A model generated the notes under the pieces. The model searched no databases. It saw nothing but the letters and a program-made list of their open reading frames with translations, and had not been told where the DNA came from. Source: Candidatus Melainabacteria bacterium 17Bon1m (GTDB taxonomy: Bacteria > Cyanobacteriota > Vampirovibrionia > Obscuribacterales > Obscuribacteraceae). Taken from it: DNA of 64,000 nucleotides. This document shows, one piece after another, positions 1-11,580 of this stretch (position 1 is the stretch's first letter; each line of letters starts with the position of its first letter). Location: NCBI GenBank assembly GCA_032128875.1, contig JAVLKG010000003.1, positions 888,974 through 952,973 of the forward strand. The letters are read 5' to 3'. Both the position numbers and the translations under genes were made by a program.

Positions 1-401
1 AGACGCGATAGCTCGGATAGTCGCATCGCAGTCGGCAGGCAGTTGGTAATGAATGTGGCTTGAAGATCCGGTTTTAAGTGCGCTGCAACTTGTGCGGTTG
101 TCGTTCCGCCGTCGATAAAAATGACCTGGCGATCTTTTACGAAAGAAGCTGCACGTTTTGCGATTGTGTTTTTTTCGGCTGGTGATTCTTGCTCGCGCTT
201 TGAAAATTGGAAGGTGACTTTTCCAACCGGCAGGGCGCCGCCATGCACTCGCTTTAGTAGTCCTGCCTCAGCCAGATCCTTTAAATCGCGCCTAATGGTA
301 TCTTCTGACACCTTCAGGTCGTTGACCAATTCCTGTGAAAGAACGCGCCCCTTCTGACTGAGCGCCTCCAATATGCGATTTTTTCTCTCATCATTAAGCA
401 T
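1..401 (-). CDS. DeoR/GlpR-family transcriptional regulator (N-terminal part; runs off window edge)
   Basis: Not in ORF track. Manual translation from ATG at 401 gives MLNDERKNRILEALSQKGRVLSQELVNDLKVSEDTIRRDLKDLAEAGLLKRVHGGA, the DeoR HTH signature (VSEDTIRRDL...RVHGGA). Confidence 0.93.
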   Translation of the reverse strand, partial: MLNDERKNRILEALSQKGRVLSQELVNDLKVSEDTIRRDLKDLAEAGLLKRVHGGALPVGKVTFQFSKREQESPAEKNTIAKRAASFVKDRQVIFIDGGTTTAQVAAHLKPDLQATFITNCLPTAMRLSELSR

Positions 402-506
402 CAGCGTAAAGCTTTAAAGAGATAGGGTTGTCAGTGCGGGTTTGTGCGTGTATTATCTGGAGTGTGCTGGTTTTTGCTGGTATGTGCAGTGATTATAGGT
501 GGTCTT

Positions 507-1367
507 ATGTTTCAAATCAAAGCGTCAGGTAAGAATTCGACCAAAAACTCACGCCATAAACAAAAACAGGTCTACAAATTAGCGGCCATCGACCTGGATG
601 GCACTCTGCTCAACCCAGACCGCCGCATCTCCGATGAGAATAAGGCAGCCGTGGCTCGATTGCGAGAAGCCAATATAGATGTAGTCCTGGCATCCGGTCG
701 TAAGCACGAAGATATTTATAGATTCCACCAGGAATTAGAACTGACCACTCCCATTCTTTCCTGCCATGGCGCACTGGTAAAGGATCCGCAGAATGGCGAG
801 GTGATTAGCAATCGCCACATTCCTCTGGAAATTGTTATGCACTTGCTGCAAGAAGCAGTCGCTGCCAACCTTTCCTGGGTGGTTTACGACGAACGGGGCG
901 TTCACCTTTGCCGCTCTGAATACTGGCTCTCCGAATACGTCCGCCGCACTTGCTTCGACAAACCGAATATCTGCGATTCAATCGAGCAATACGTTTTCAC
1001 CCACGCCGAAAAGGTCAACTGGATGGGCGATGAAGAATCTATCCGCCAAGAATTTCGCCGCATGGGCGATTATTATGCCGGCAAACTGACTACCGTGATC
1101 ACAGACCCTGATCACCTGGAATTCACTTTGCACGGTGCTGACAAGGCTTCCGGGCTGATGGACCTGACAAAGAAGTTGGGAATAGCTCGCGAAGAGGTGC
1201 TGGCCTTCGGTGACAGCAATAACGATGTGACCATGCTTTCCTGGGCCGGCCTTGGTGTCGCCATGAATCACGGGACTACGCAGGCACGCTTAGCGGCCAA
1301 GATGATCTCCTCACCCGGCGACGAAGGCGCCAGCCTTGCGCGCGCCGTCGACTCAATCCTCGGCTGA
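507..1367 (+). CDS. Cof-type HAD-IIB family hydrolase
   Basis: DLDGTLL motif I, LASGR, K..G and AFGDSNNDVTML motif IV. ATG at 507 after AGGTGG is preferred over the ORF-track start at 444. Confidence 0.92.
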   Translation: MFQIKASGKNSTKNSRHKQKQVYKLAAIDLDGTLLNPDRRISDENKAAVARLREANIDVVLASGRKHEDIYRFHQELELTTPILSCHGALVKDPQNGEVISNRHIPLEIVMHLLQEAVAANLSWVVYDERGVHLCRSEYWLSEYVRRTCFDKPNICDSIEQYVFTHAEKVNWMGDEESIRQEFRRMGDYYAGKLTTVITDPDHLEFTLHGADKASGLMDLTKKLGIAREEVLAFGDSNNDVTMLSWAGLGVAMNHGTTQARLAAKMISSPGDEGASLARAVDSILG

Positions 1368-1392
1368 GTTTACTTTCAAAACCCAATGCACT

Positions 1393-1424
1393 AAAAACAG
1401 GCGCCCACCCGCGCCTGTTTTTTT
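1393..1424. terminator. Bidirectional intrinsic terminator
   Basis: AAAAACAGGCGC-CCACCC-GCGCCTGTTTTTTT between convergent genes. Confidence 0.85.
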
Positions 1425-1450
1425 ACGCCTGGCCAGCAACACATAAGTTG

Positions 1451-1478
1451 AGAACCGAATCGTTATCGATTCGGTTCT
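1451..1478. repeat. Palindromic dispersed repeat, copy 1
   Basis: AGAACCGAATCG-TTAT-CGATTCGGTTCT; 21-nt core identical to 63567-63587. Confidence 0.75.
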
Positions 1479-1516
1479 GGAAATGATTATCAATTGTCGG
1501 ATTTTTTGTTAGGCGC

Positions 1517-2350
1517 CTACCGGTAGTTCGGATTGCGTCTCAAAACCTGCGGCATGCGCTGGTTGTGCCAGTATTGGCGGCGGTCACAAGGACCACAGCC
1601 TTCCGGCTCGGGTCTATAAGGCTCGTGAGAATAGTCCGGACGATATGGCAGCGGACGGATTTGCGGGCGGTCATAGTCGTTGAACTGATAATAGTCGCGT
1701 TCGCGGCCCCAGTTATTCTGGTTATCGAACTGAGGACGGTGGTCCCAACCACCTCTTCCCATAAATATGTTGACCACGCCGCCTGGTTGATTGATGATCA
1801 TCGGCATTCTGGGCGGACAATCATTGAAATCTTGCGGAGGCATCGGTCTGGGTATTGGCCTTTCTTCTGGTGGGCAAGGGCGGCGCACCGGATATTCAGG
1901 CTCGACAGGACGTGGTTCGATGCGTACAGGTGGTTCATATGTCACCGGTGGCTGTTCTTTTACCGGCGGTTCTTCTTGCTTCGGGCAAGGAATTTTTAGT
2001 TTCCATTTCTCGCTCATGAAGTCGCGATTGCAATCCAGCGTTTTGTATCTGTCGTGGTTTGCTTCGACAATGGCATCCTGCATGGCTTGCAGCGAATCTT
2101 TATTGACTGCAGCGCCCTGACCTTTAAGTGCGCGTTCGGCTACTGTCGAGAGACTGTCTCCCCATTGAACTTGATACATTCCATTTTGATCTAGTTCTAA
2201 TGGCTTGGATCTTTGCACTTGCGAGTCTTTTGCCCATTGCTGAGCTCGCGGTGTCGAGAGTTCAAAGTCTGGTCTGAAATTGCATGCGGCGGAGTCTTCT
2301 GGAGAATTGCTTTTTTCGCAGTTACGCCATGCGCCATTTTCTGTGCTCAT
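1517..2350 (-). CDS. Hypothetical protein with LysM-like segment and Pro-rich tail
   Basis: YQVQWGDSLSTVAER...IVEAN...KLKIP resembles LysM; PPV/PEY/RP-rich C-terminal half. Confidence 0.65.
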   Translation of the reverse strand: MSTENGAWRNCEKSNSPEDSAACNFRPDFELSTPRAQQWAKDSQVQRSKPLELDQNGMYQVQWGDSLSTVAERALKGQGAAVNKDSLQAMQDAIVEANHDRYKTLDCNRDFMSEKWKLKIPCPKQEEPPVKEQPPVTYEPPVRIEPRPVEPEYPVRRPCPPEERPIPRPMPPQDFNDCPPRMPMIINQPGGVVNIFMGRGGWDHRPQFDNQNNWGRERDYYQFNDYDRPQIRPLPYRPDYSHEPYRPEPEGCGPCDRRQYWHNQRMPQVLRRNPNYR

Positions 2351-2592
2351 TTTCTGTCCCTTACTTCAGCTACTGGACGGGGAATCCAGAGGCTTAAGGT
2401 ATAAATTGCGAGAGGGAAGGGCTTGCGCCCGCTTGAAGGTATTAAATAGCGAGCGGCTCGGTTTGACTATGGTGATTTTCCCCCTCACAAGCGCGCTTGT
2501 TACGCTTCGACATAATTTGCTTTACGTCAAACGCCCACGAGGCGGACAATTTGCCAGTTGCCAGCAAGGCGGACGAACCCGAGGATTTTTCT

Positions 2593-3258
2593 GTGTTTTC
2601 CGGAATCGTAGAAGAAGTAGGTCAGATCACCGAAATTACCCAAACAAAAGACGGCTGCCGTCTCACAATCGGTGCAAAGAAAGTCGTAAACCCGGTCAAC
2701 CTGGGTGATTCCATCTCTGTGGACGGAATTTGTTTAACGGTTGTGAGTTTCAATTCCGAATCCTTTTCTGTAGAAGCCGTGTTGGAGACAATGCGCCGCA
2801 CAAAGTTGGGAGAGAAAAAGGTTGGTGATGGCGTCAATCTAGAACGTGCCGTTACGCTTGCCGACCGCATGGGTGGGCATCTTGTCACTGGTCACATTGA
2901 TGCGGTAGCTACAGTTTCTAAAGTTGAAGACGATGGTTTTTCAAAGCTCATCACTTTTGAATTGCCGGGCGAGCTGGCTGCGTTTTTCGTTCCCAAAGGA
3001 TCTGTCGCTGTAGACGGTGTATCGCTTACTGTCGTTGATTGCCCGATACCTCAAGGGGACGACAATCTATATTTCAGCGTCGCTCTCATTCCTCACACCA
3101 TGGAAGCAACTACCTTTAAGTCTCTTAAGCCTGGCGTGAAAGTAAACATCGAAACCGATGTAATCGCGCGCTACGTGGCTCGTTGGCTCGAGCCGCATCT
3201 GGACGAGAAGCTTAAGAAAGTGGCGGCGAAGATATCTTCCGGCGTCGCAAAGGGATAG
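2593..3258 (+). CDS. ribE: Riboflavin synthase (alpha chain)
   Basis: GTG start gives MFSGIVEEVG, with GAGGA RBS at 2581. Motifs GDSISVDGICLTV, VNLERA, GGHLVTGH, KGSVAVDGVSLTV. Confidence 0.96.
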   Translation: MFSGIVEEVGQITEITQTKDGCRLTIGAKKVVNPVNLGDSISVDGICLTVVSFNSESFSVEAVLETMRRTKLGEKKVGDGVNLERAVTLADRMGGHLVTGHIDAVATVSKVEDDGFSKLITFELPGELAAFFVPKGSVAVDGVSLTVVDCPIPQGDDNLYFSVALIPHTMEATTFKSLKPGVKVNIETDVIARYVARWLEPHLDEKLKKVAAKISSGVAKG

Positions 3259-3308
3259 ACTTTGGGTTGGGCTTGAAAACGGTATCCGGGCGACATGAGG
3301 CGCAGATA

Positions 3309-4679
3309 ATGATGGCAGAATCGCACATTCACGAGTCGGCGGCATTGAGTTCTAATCTGACTGAGCAGACAGACGAGAGCGAAATCTTCGATTCGATTGA
3401 AGATGCGCTCGACGACATTCGTCAGGGCAAGTTTATTGTTGTCTCCGATGATGAAAGCCGCGAAAACGAAGGTGATTTGATCTGCGCTGCAGAATTGGTC
3501 ACTCCCGCCATGATCAATTTTCTTGCGACTGAAGCACGCGGCTGGGTCTGCCTGGCGCTGACGCAAGAGAAAGCTCAGCAGCTCGAGCTGCCGCTTATGG
3601 TGGACAACAATACCGAGTCTCAGTCCACAGCATTTACGGTGACCATCGATGCTGATACCAAATTCGGTGTCACTACAGGAATCAGCGCTTACGACCGAGC
3701 GACGACAATCCGCGTCGCCGTCGACTCCATGTGCAAGCCCTCCGACCTCCGCCGTCCAGGTCACGTCTCTCCGCTTATCGCCAAGCCCGGCGGTGTTCTC
3801 CAGCGCGCCGGACACACTGAAGCAGCTGTCGATCTTGCCCGTCTTGCCGGTCTCAATCCGTCCGGCGTGATCTGCGAAATCATGAACGAAGATGGCACCA
3901 TGGCTCGCGTCCCGCAACTTCGCGAATTCTGCAAAAAACACGGAATCAAGTTCATCAACATTGCTCAGCTAATTGCATATCGTTTACAGCGTGAGCGCTT
4001 TGTCGAGAAGGTTGCGACCGCTGAAATGCCGTCGGCATACGGCACCTTCCAAGTTCACGCTTATAGAAACAAGCTGGACGGACAAGAGCATCTTGCATTC
4101 GTCAAAGGCGATCTCACCGATAAGAATGATGTTCTCATCCGAGTGCATAGCGAGTGTCTGACTGGTGATGTATTCGCCAGCCTGCGCTGTGACTGCGGCC
4201 CGCAGCTGGAAGCTGCCATGGCGATGATTGCACAGCAAGATGCCGGCGTACTTGTTTATTTGAGACAAGAAGGTCGCGGTATCGGGTTGCTCAACAAAAT
4301 TCGTGCCTATCAATTGCAAGATAAGGGGCAAGACACTATCCAAGCTAATGAGTCGCTCGGTTTCAAACCCGACCTGCGCGATTACGGCGTAGGTGCTCAG
4401 ATTCTCTGCGACCTCGGACTTTCCTCAGTACGCATTATCACCAACAATCCTCGCAAGATTGTCGGACTCGAAGGCTACGGTCTTACTGTTAGCGACCGTG
4501 TCGGTCTGCCTGCTGCCTGCAATAGCCACAACTTGCAATATCTGCTCACCAAGAAAGAGAAGATGGGGCACTGGTTGGAAGGACTGGACAAGAACTGGCA
4601 AGAAAAAACCACACCCGCGGGTTTTTCATTGAATTCAATTTCGACTGAAGCCACAGCATCACAGAGCACAGAGAGCTAA
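3309..4679 (+). CDS. ribBA: Bifunctional DHBP synthase / GTP cyclohydrolase II
   Basis: [51 protein letters not shown]. Confidence 0.97.
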   Translation: MMAESHIHESAALSSNLTEQTDESEIFDSIEDALDDIRQGKFIVVSDDESRENEGDLICAAELVTPAMINFLATEARGWVCLALTQEKAQQLELPLMVDNNTESQSTAFTVTIDADTKFGVTTGISAYDRATTIRVAVDSMCKPSDLRRPGHVSPLIAKPGGVLQRAGHTEAAVDLARLAGLNPSGVICEIMNEDGTMARVPQLREFCKKHGIKFINIAQLIAYRLQRERFVEKVATAEMPSAYGTFQVHAYRNKLDGQEHLAFVKGDLTDKNDVLIRVHSECLTGDVFASLRCDCGPQLEAAMAMIAQQDAGVLVYLRQEGRGIGLLNKIRAYQLQDKGQDTIQANESLGFKPDLRDYGVGAQILCDLGLSSVRIITNNPRKIVGLEGYGLTVSDRVGLPAACNSHNLQYLLTKKEKMGHWLEGLDKNWQEKTTPAGFSLNSISTEATASQSTES

Positions 4680-4708
4680 AAATTCAGAAGCTAGAAAAGG
4701 AGAAGTTC

Positions 4709-5251
4709 ATGGCACGCAATGACGGTTCCGCACCGGACAAGGGAAACTTCAGCTCAGATGCAAAACCACGCACAGTGGAAGGCAGACTGATTGCTACGGG
4801 ACTGAAATTCGGCGTCGTCATCAGCCGCTTCAATGACTTCATCACTAAGCCTCTGTTAGATGGTTGCCTGGACACCCTGCGTCGTCATGGCGCAGACATT
4901 AGTGATGTAGACGTAATGTGGTGCCCAGGTGCATTCGAGATTCCGCTCGTAGCTAAAAGCGCCGCCGCAACCGAAGCCTACGATGCAATCATTTGCTTGG
5001 GCGCCGTAATTCGTGGAGCAACACCGCACTTCGATCATGTTGCCGGACAGGCTGTTTCCGGCATCGCACGGGTATCTTTGGACACCGGCGTTCCGACAAT
5101 TTTTGGTGTTCTTACTGTAGAGTCTATCGAACAAGCAATTGAGCGCGCTGGCACCAAGGCTGGCAACAAGGGTGGCGAAGCCGCTCTGGCTGCAATTGAA
5201 ATGGTCAACTTGATCTCTTCGATCAAAACTAACCACGCTGTTGCTAAGTAA
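4709..5251 (+). CDS. ribH: 6,7-dimethyl-8-ribityllumazine synthase
   Basis: [42 protein letters not shown]. Confidence 0.97.
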   Translation: MARNDGSAPDKGNFSSDAKPRTVEGRLIATGLKFGVVISRFNDFITKPLLDGCLDTLRRHGADISDVDVMWCPGAFEIPLVAKSAAATEAYDAIICLGAVIRGATPHFDHVAGQAVSGIARVSLDTGVPTIFGVLTVESIEQAIERAGTKAGNKGGEAALAAIEMVNLISSIKTNHAVAK

Positions 5252-5259
5252 AAGCGCTT

Positions 5260-6753
5260 TTAGTGCGCTTCTTGTAGTTCGAGAATTTGCGCTTCGCCAA
5301 GCGGATGTTCTTTGAGGAACTGTTCGATCGTGTTTGCGACTTTGAGTGCGTGCAGGAGCGGACCTTCCACTTCGATTTCTCTCAAAAGCAGAGCGCGATG
5401 CATGGGCAGCTTGCTTTGAATCATCTGCGACATTGTCTTTGAAGTGAGGTGGAAGCAGATGCGAGGGCGCTCGTCTTCCGGATCGAAGCGTTCCACTACT
5501 GCTTTGCCTTTTCGCGCCCGCAGTATCCAACCAAGTCCATCCGCATCTTTGATGATGAATCCGATGGTGGTACCGTTGGAGGTGGCACGTTTCAAAAGCC
5601 CTTCGTCGAAATGTTGTGGAATGAATTCTTCGAAGTAGTACGCTGCCAGTCGTTCGGTAAACTTGAAGAGCTTGCGTTTTTCCTTGTCCTGAGGCACGCC
5701 CCAACCAGTCAGCTCCGCTTTCTGCGCGACATTGTGGAAATACTGATTGTCGATTCTTGCACGTGGAATGCCATATCTTCCTGCGACTTCGAATAAATTT
5801 CTCGTCTTAACCTGCAAATTGTCGTTGAGCATTTTGCGCAAAACGCCTGGCAGGTTGAGTGAATCTCTTTCGCTCTCCAGTACAGCATTGAAGCCGATCT
5901 CTGTAGCTAATGCCGAGAGCCACTCTCTGTTCAAAGTTGCTTCGGTAGAAACCAGATTGAGAACGCGCGGTCTCGATTCGTCTTCCAAGTAACGGCAGAA
6001 GGTGTTCACCACTTGATCCGATGGCGAGAACCAGAGCGTGTAGTCTGGATTGTAAGAAACCCTGAGGTCGTTGTTATTGCTGTTCTTTGATTCGTAGTGT
6101 TTGTGAACCAGCGCCAACTCTCTTATCAATGTGAGAGGTCCTGAATAGTTCACGAAATCTGCAGATTGAGAATCAGGAGATATCAGAGGAAGGCGAATCA
6201 AATACCAGGGCGCTTCAGACTTGTCGAGCGCTTCCATGACTTTGTTTTCGTATTGCTGGCAAATGCTTTCGAAGTGGCTTGTTGGCTTGCGGCGCTCGAA
6301 TTCGCATTCTTCCGGAACAACGCCGTCTGTTTGTACACCTCCCCAGATAGAGGAAACAATAAAGATTGGTTGTTCCTTGAAATACTTAAGGAGCGCTGGC
6401 AATTCTGTGGCTGCCCATGGAGCTCTCGGCACTCTCGGTTCGTCGAAATTCGGAGGTAAGCCGCAGAAAATTACGGCATCATATGCGGTGCTTTGCTTGG
6501 CGCCTTCTGCCTGATCGATAAATTTGATTCTGTCCTGGAACATGCGGAAACGTTCGCGCCCGCCAAAGGCTTGTTCCAATGCGCCTCGCGCTGAAGAGCG
6601 CAGATCTAGTGGCGACAAGCTGAAAAGATTGAGCGAAGACTTGGTTGGAATGTGGACAGTCCAGCCGCGTGTGACAAGGGTAGCCGCCAGCGGTCCAGAA
6701 AAGCTGGATACAGGTCCCCAGATGTAAGCTGTTTTGTGTGTCGGTAGGGTCAT
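5260..6753 (-). CDS. Degenerate extended-SDR/acyl-CoA reductase-like protein with C-terminal SCP2 sterol-binding-like domain
   Basis: Rossmann-like N-terminus, IVSS..WGG, YLIRLPLI; C-terminal ...MIQSKLPMHRALLLREIEVEG is SCP2-like. Confidence 0.6.
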   Translation of the reverse strand: MTLPTHKTAYIWGPVSSFSGPLAATLVTRGWTVHIPTKSSLNLFSLSPLDLRSSARGALEQAFGGRERFRMFQDRIKFIDQAEGAKQSTAYDAVIFCGLPPNFDEPRVPRAPWAATELPALLKYFKEQPIFIVSSIWGGVQTDGVVPEECEFERRKPTSHFESICQQYENKVMEALDKSEAPWYLIRLPLISPDSQSADFVNYSGPLTLIRELALVHKHYESKNSNNNDLRVSYNPDYTLWFSPSDQVVNTFCRYLEDESRPRVLNLVSTEATLNREWLSALATEIGFNAVLESERDSLNLPGVLRKMLNDNLQVKTRNLFEVAGRYGIPRARIDNQYFHNVAQKAELTGWGVPQDKEKRKLFKFTERLAAYYFEEFIPQHFDEGLLKRATSNGTTIGFIIKDADGLGWILRARKGKAVVERFDPEDERPRICFHLTSKTMSQMIQSKLPMHRALLLREIEVEGPLLHALKVANTIEQFLKEHPLGEAQILELQEAH

Positions 6754-6896
6754 ATGTTGAATCGATAGTTACCGGCAGTCCACTTGATTGGGTGGGCAGC
6801 TAGAAATTGCAGCATAAATGGTAGCAATTAATGGCTATGGCTTGCCAGCTTGTTAAGCCTTTGCCGCTGCTTGACTAATTGTTTGAGAATTAGTTC

Positions 6897-7778
6897 CTAC
6901 CTTGGCAACGGGTTGGAGAAGTCCATCCCTGCCTCTACTACCATGGTTCCGGCGAATTCATCGCCTTTCCTCAAGCTGTCAGGTCGTTTCCAGGCTCTAT
7001 AACATTCCATCGGCAGCACAACCGCCACATAAATCATGCCGACAATCTGAATCAGGCCAGTAATCGAGTCATGCACCATCTTGTGCGCAGTTTGCCACCA
7101 GGGCAAAGGTAAATTCGCCAGCTGCAGCAGATCTAGAACCACTTTGACTATCAAAAGAACAACGTATGGCGCGCACAGAATGATATTGCGCTTGAACGAC
7201 TGAACCAATGTGCACGGTCGACCTGTCCTTGCATCTACCACTTGCAATCCCATCAAGTTCTTGCCGAAGCCACGACCGCTAAAAAGGCAGTCTCTGAAAA
7301 GCAAAACCAGCGGCATCGCGAAAGACGTGTTGAAAAACTGATTTATGAACGGGATGAATGTCATGGGTACGGACAAAATCACGCCGATAAAATAGGCGCA
7401 TACAAAATCGATGAGCAAAGCCCCGGCGCGTTTGCCTGGCTCAATGCGAACAGCGGATCCACTTTCCGACTCGCCTTGATCTTGATACTGCCCTTGTCCC
7501 TGTCCCTGCCACTGGTTTTGTTGCTGCCCTTGCCACTGGCCTTGTTGCTGACCCTGCCATTGCTGACCTTGTCCCTGCTGACCTTGCCATTGCCCCTGAC
7601 CCTGGTTCGGCATACCTTGCTGATTGGGGAATTGACCAGGATATTGACTTTCGTCCTGCTGATAATTCTCGTTGCCGTAGCCGCGATTTGCCGGCGGGCG
7701 CTGCCCCGGCTGTGGTCGGCCCATAGGTCTACCCGGCTGCTTCTCAGGACCTCCTCCTCGGTTGCCAAAGGATTTCAT
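6897..7778 (-). CDS. RDD-family membrane protein with Gln/Gly/Trp-rich N-terminus
   Basis: KRAGALLID, GRGFGKNLMGLQVVD, RNII, RKGDEFAGTMVV. Confidence 0.88.
   Translation of the reverse strand: MKSFGNRGGGPEKQPGRPMGRPQPGQRPPANRGYGNENYQQDESQYPGQFPNQQGMPNQGQGQWQGQQGQGQQWQGQQQGQWQGQQQNQWQGQGQGQYQDQGESESGSAVRIEPGKRAGALLIDFVCAYFIGVILSVPMTFIPFINQFFNTSFAMPLVLLFRDCLFSGRGFGKNLMGLQVVDARTGRPCTLVQSFKRNIILCAPYVVLLIVKVVLDLLQLANLPLPWWQTAHKMVHDSITGLIQIVGMIYVAVVLPMECYRAWKRPDSLRKGDEFAGTMVVEAGMDFSNPLPR
7490..7625 (-). repeat. Coding degenerate tandem repeat (QGQ/QWQGQ)
   Basis: Repeated TGCC(A/C)(C/T)TG and CCCTG units encode QGQGQWQGQQGQGQQWQGQQQGQWQGQQQNQWQGQGQGQ. Confidence 0.8.
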
Positions 7779-8091
7779 TTGTACGGTCCTTCCTTTTGGG
7801 TGTTGCTGAGACCTGGCAGTCTTAAGCGTGTAGCGCCTTTCCGGCTTTTCTAATAATACCTAGTTCCGGCACCGTTCTGGCGAATGTGGAGACCAGCATT
7901 GAAACTACCCTCTCTTGGTATCTATACCCGTATTTAATAGTCTGATTCAGCATTCTCGTAAGAAGCTTTTGAGGAAATTGAACAAATAGTGATAGGTTCA
8001 AGGTTCGGGCTTCATGAAATGTACGATTTAACTGTCTCACCGAGTTCTAACAACTGCGGCGGGGCTGCATTTACTTGAGAGGATCGCTGAA

Positions 8092-9285
8092 ATGGTTGAG
8101 ACAGTAATCGTAGACGGTTTGCGCACCCCATTCGGAAAGTTGGGTGGAGGATTGAGCACAGTGTCGGCAGTGGATCTTGCCGCCAACCTGATTGCAGAGC
8201 TGGTCAAGCGCAACAAAATCAAAGGCGAAGCCGTTGACGAAGTCATCCTCGGTCAGGTTGTTCAAGCCGGCTGCGGACAGATTCCCTCGCGCCAGGCTCT
8301 TTTGAAAGCTGGTTTGCCCAACACTTGCGAATCAACAACCATCAATAAGGTCTGCGCATCCGGCATGCGCGCAGTCACCCTTGGTGATCTGAGAATCCGC
8401 GCCAATGACGGCGAAATCATCATCGCCGGCGGCATGGAGTCGATGAGCCAAGCTCCATACTTTGTAGACGCGAATGCGGCCCGCTTCGGCAAGCGCATGG
8501 GTCACGTTCAGTTCCAAGACTCCATGATTCATGATGGTTTGGAGTGCCCGGTACAAAATGTCCACATGGCAGTGCATGGTGCAAAGGTTGCCGAAGAGTT
8601 TGGAATTACTCGTGAAGATCAAGATGCCTGGGCACTGAGAAGTCACTTGAAGTCGCTGGAGGCAATCAAAGAAGGTCGTTTCAACGACGAAATTTTGCCT
8701 GTGTCAGTCAAAAAAGGCAAAGAAGAAAAGAGCATTGCTGCCGATGAAGGCCCGCGTGCCGACACCAATTTGGAAGCACTGGCGAAATTGAAGCCGGTCT
8801 TCTATGACAAGGGAACAGTCACTGCTGGTAATGCTCCCGGCGTTAACGATGGTGCTGCCGTTCTTCTCATCATGAGCGCAGACAAGGCTAAAGAGCTTGG
8901 TTTGAAGCCTTTGGCAAAAATCGTTTCGCACGCTTCTATCGGACAAGATGTCCCGTATCTGGCAACAACCCCAGCATTGGCAACAGAGAAGGCATTAAAG
9001 AAAGCCGGTCTGGAAGCCAAAGATCTCGACTTGATGGAAATCAACGAAGCCTTTGCATCGGTCGCTTTGAAGTCCATGCGCATGCTCGGAATTCCGGAAG
9101 AGAAGGTCAATGTTAATGGCGGTGCTATCGCTCTCGGTCACCCGATCGGCGCCAGCGGAGCCCGTATCCTCTTGACTCTGGCAATGGAAATGAAGAAGCG
9201 CGGCGCAAAACTCGGCGCAGCTGCAATCTGCTCAGGCACCGCCCAAGGTGACGCAGTTATCCTTTCCCGCGAAGGTTTGGACTAA
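8092..9285 (+). CDS. Acetyl-CoA C-acetyltransferase (thiolase)
   Basis: INKVCASG (catalytic Cys), EINEAFA, NVNGGAIALGHPIGASGAR, C-terminal AICSG. Confidence 0.96.
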   Translation: MVETVIVDGLRTPFGKLGGGLSTVSAVDLAANLIAELVKRNKIKGEAVDEVILGQVVQAGCGQIPSRQALLKAGLPNTCESTTINKVCASGMRAVTLGDLRIRANDGEIIIAGGMESMSQAPYFVDANAARFGKRMGHVQFQDSMIHDGLECPVQNVHMAVHGAKVAEEFGITREDQDAWALRSHLKSLEAIKEGRFNDEILPVSVKKGKEEKSIAADEGPRADTNLEALAKLKPVFYDKGTVTAGNAPGVNDGAAVLLIMSADKAKELGLKPLAKIVSHASIGQDVPYLATTPALATEKALKKAGLEAKDLDLMEINEAFASVALKSMRMLGIPEEKVNVNGGAIALGHPIGASGARILLTLAMEMKKRGAKLGAAAICSGTAQGDAVILSREGLD

Positions 9286-9298
9286 CATAGGCAACTTG

Positions 9299-9336
9299 AA
9301 ACAGGTATGAATTTCTTGAGAAATTCATACCTGTTT
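9299..9336 (+). terminator. 18-bp perfect inverted repeat, probable terminator
   Basis: AAACAGGTATGAATTTCT-TG-AGAAATTCATACCTGTTT just after the thiolase stop. Confidence 0.75.
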
Positions 9337-9402
9337 TCTCATATCTGGGGCATGAAATTGCTTCCACAGCAAGCGTTTCTATGCGCATGTAGTCATCAGT
9401 GA

Positions 9403-11574
<2,172 letters not shown>

Positions 11575-11580
11575 TACTAG

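Noticed and set aside
507-1367. HAD protein as the missing OtsB
   Set aside because: Motifs are Cof-type rather than trehalose-phosphatase type, and it lies 30 kb from otsA next to a DeoR regulator
2351-2592. FMN riboswitch upstream of the rib operon
   Set aside because: No RFN consensus (AGGGC.GGGTGAAATTCCC.ACCGGCGGT) visible; ribD is also not in this operon
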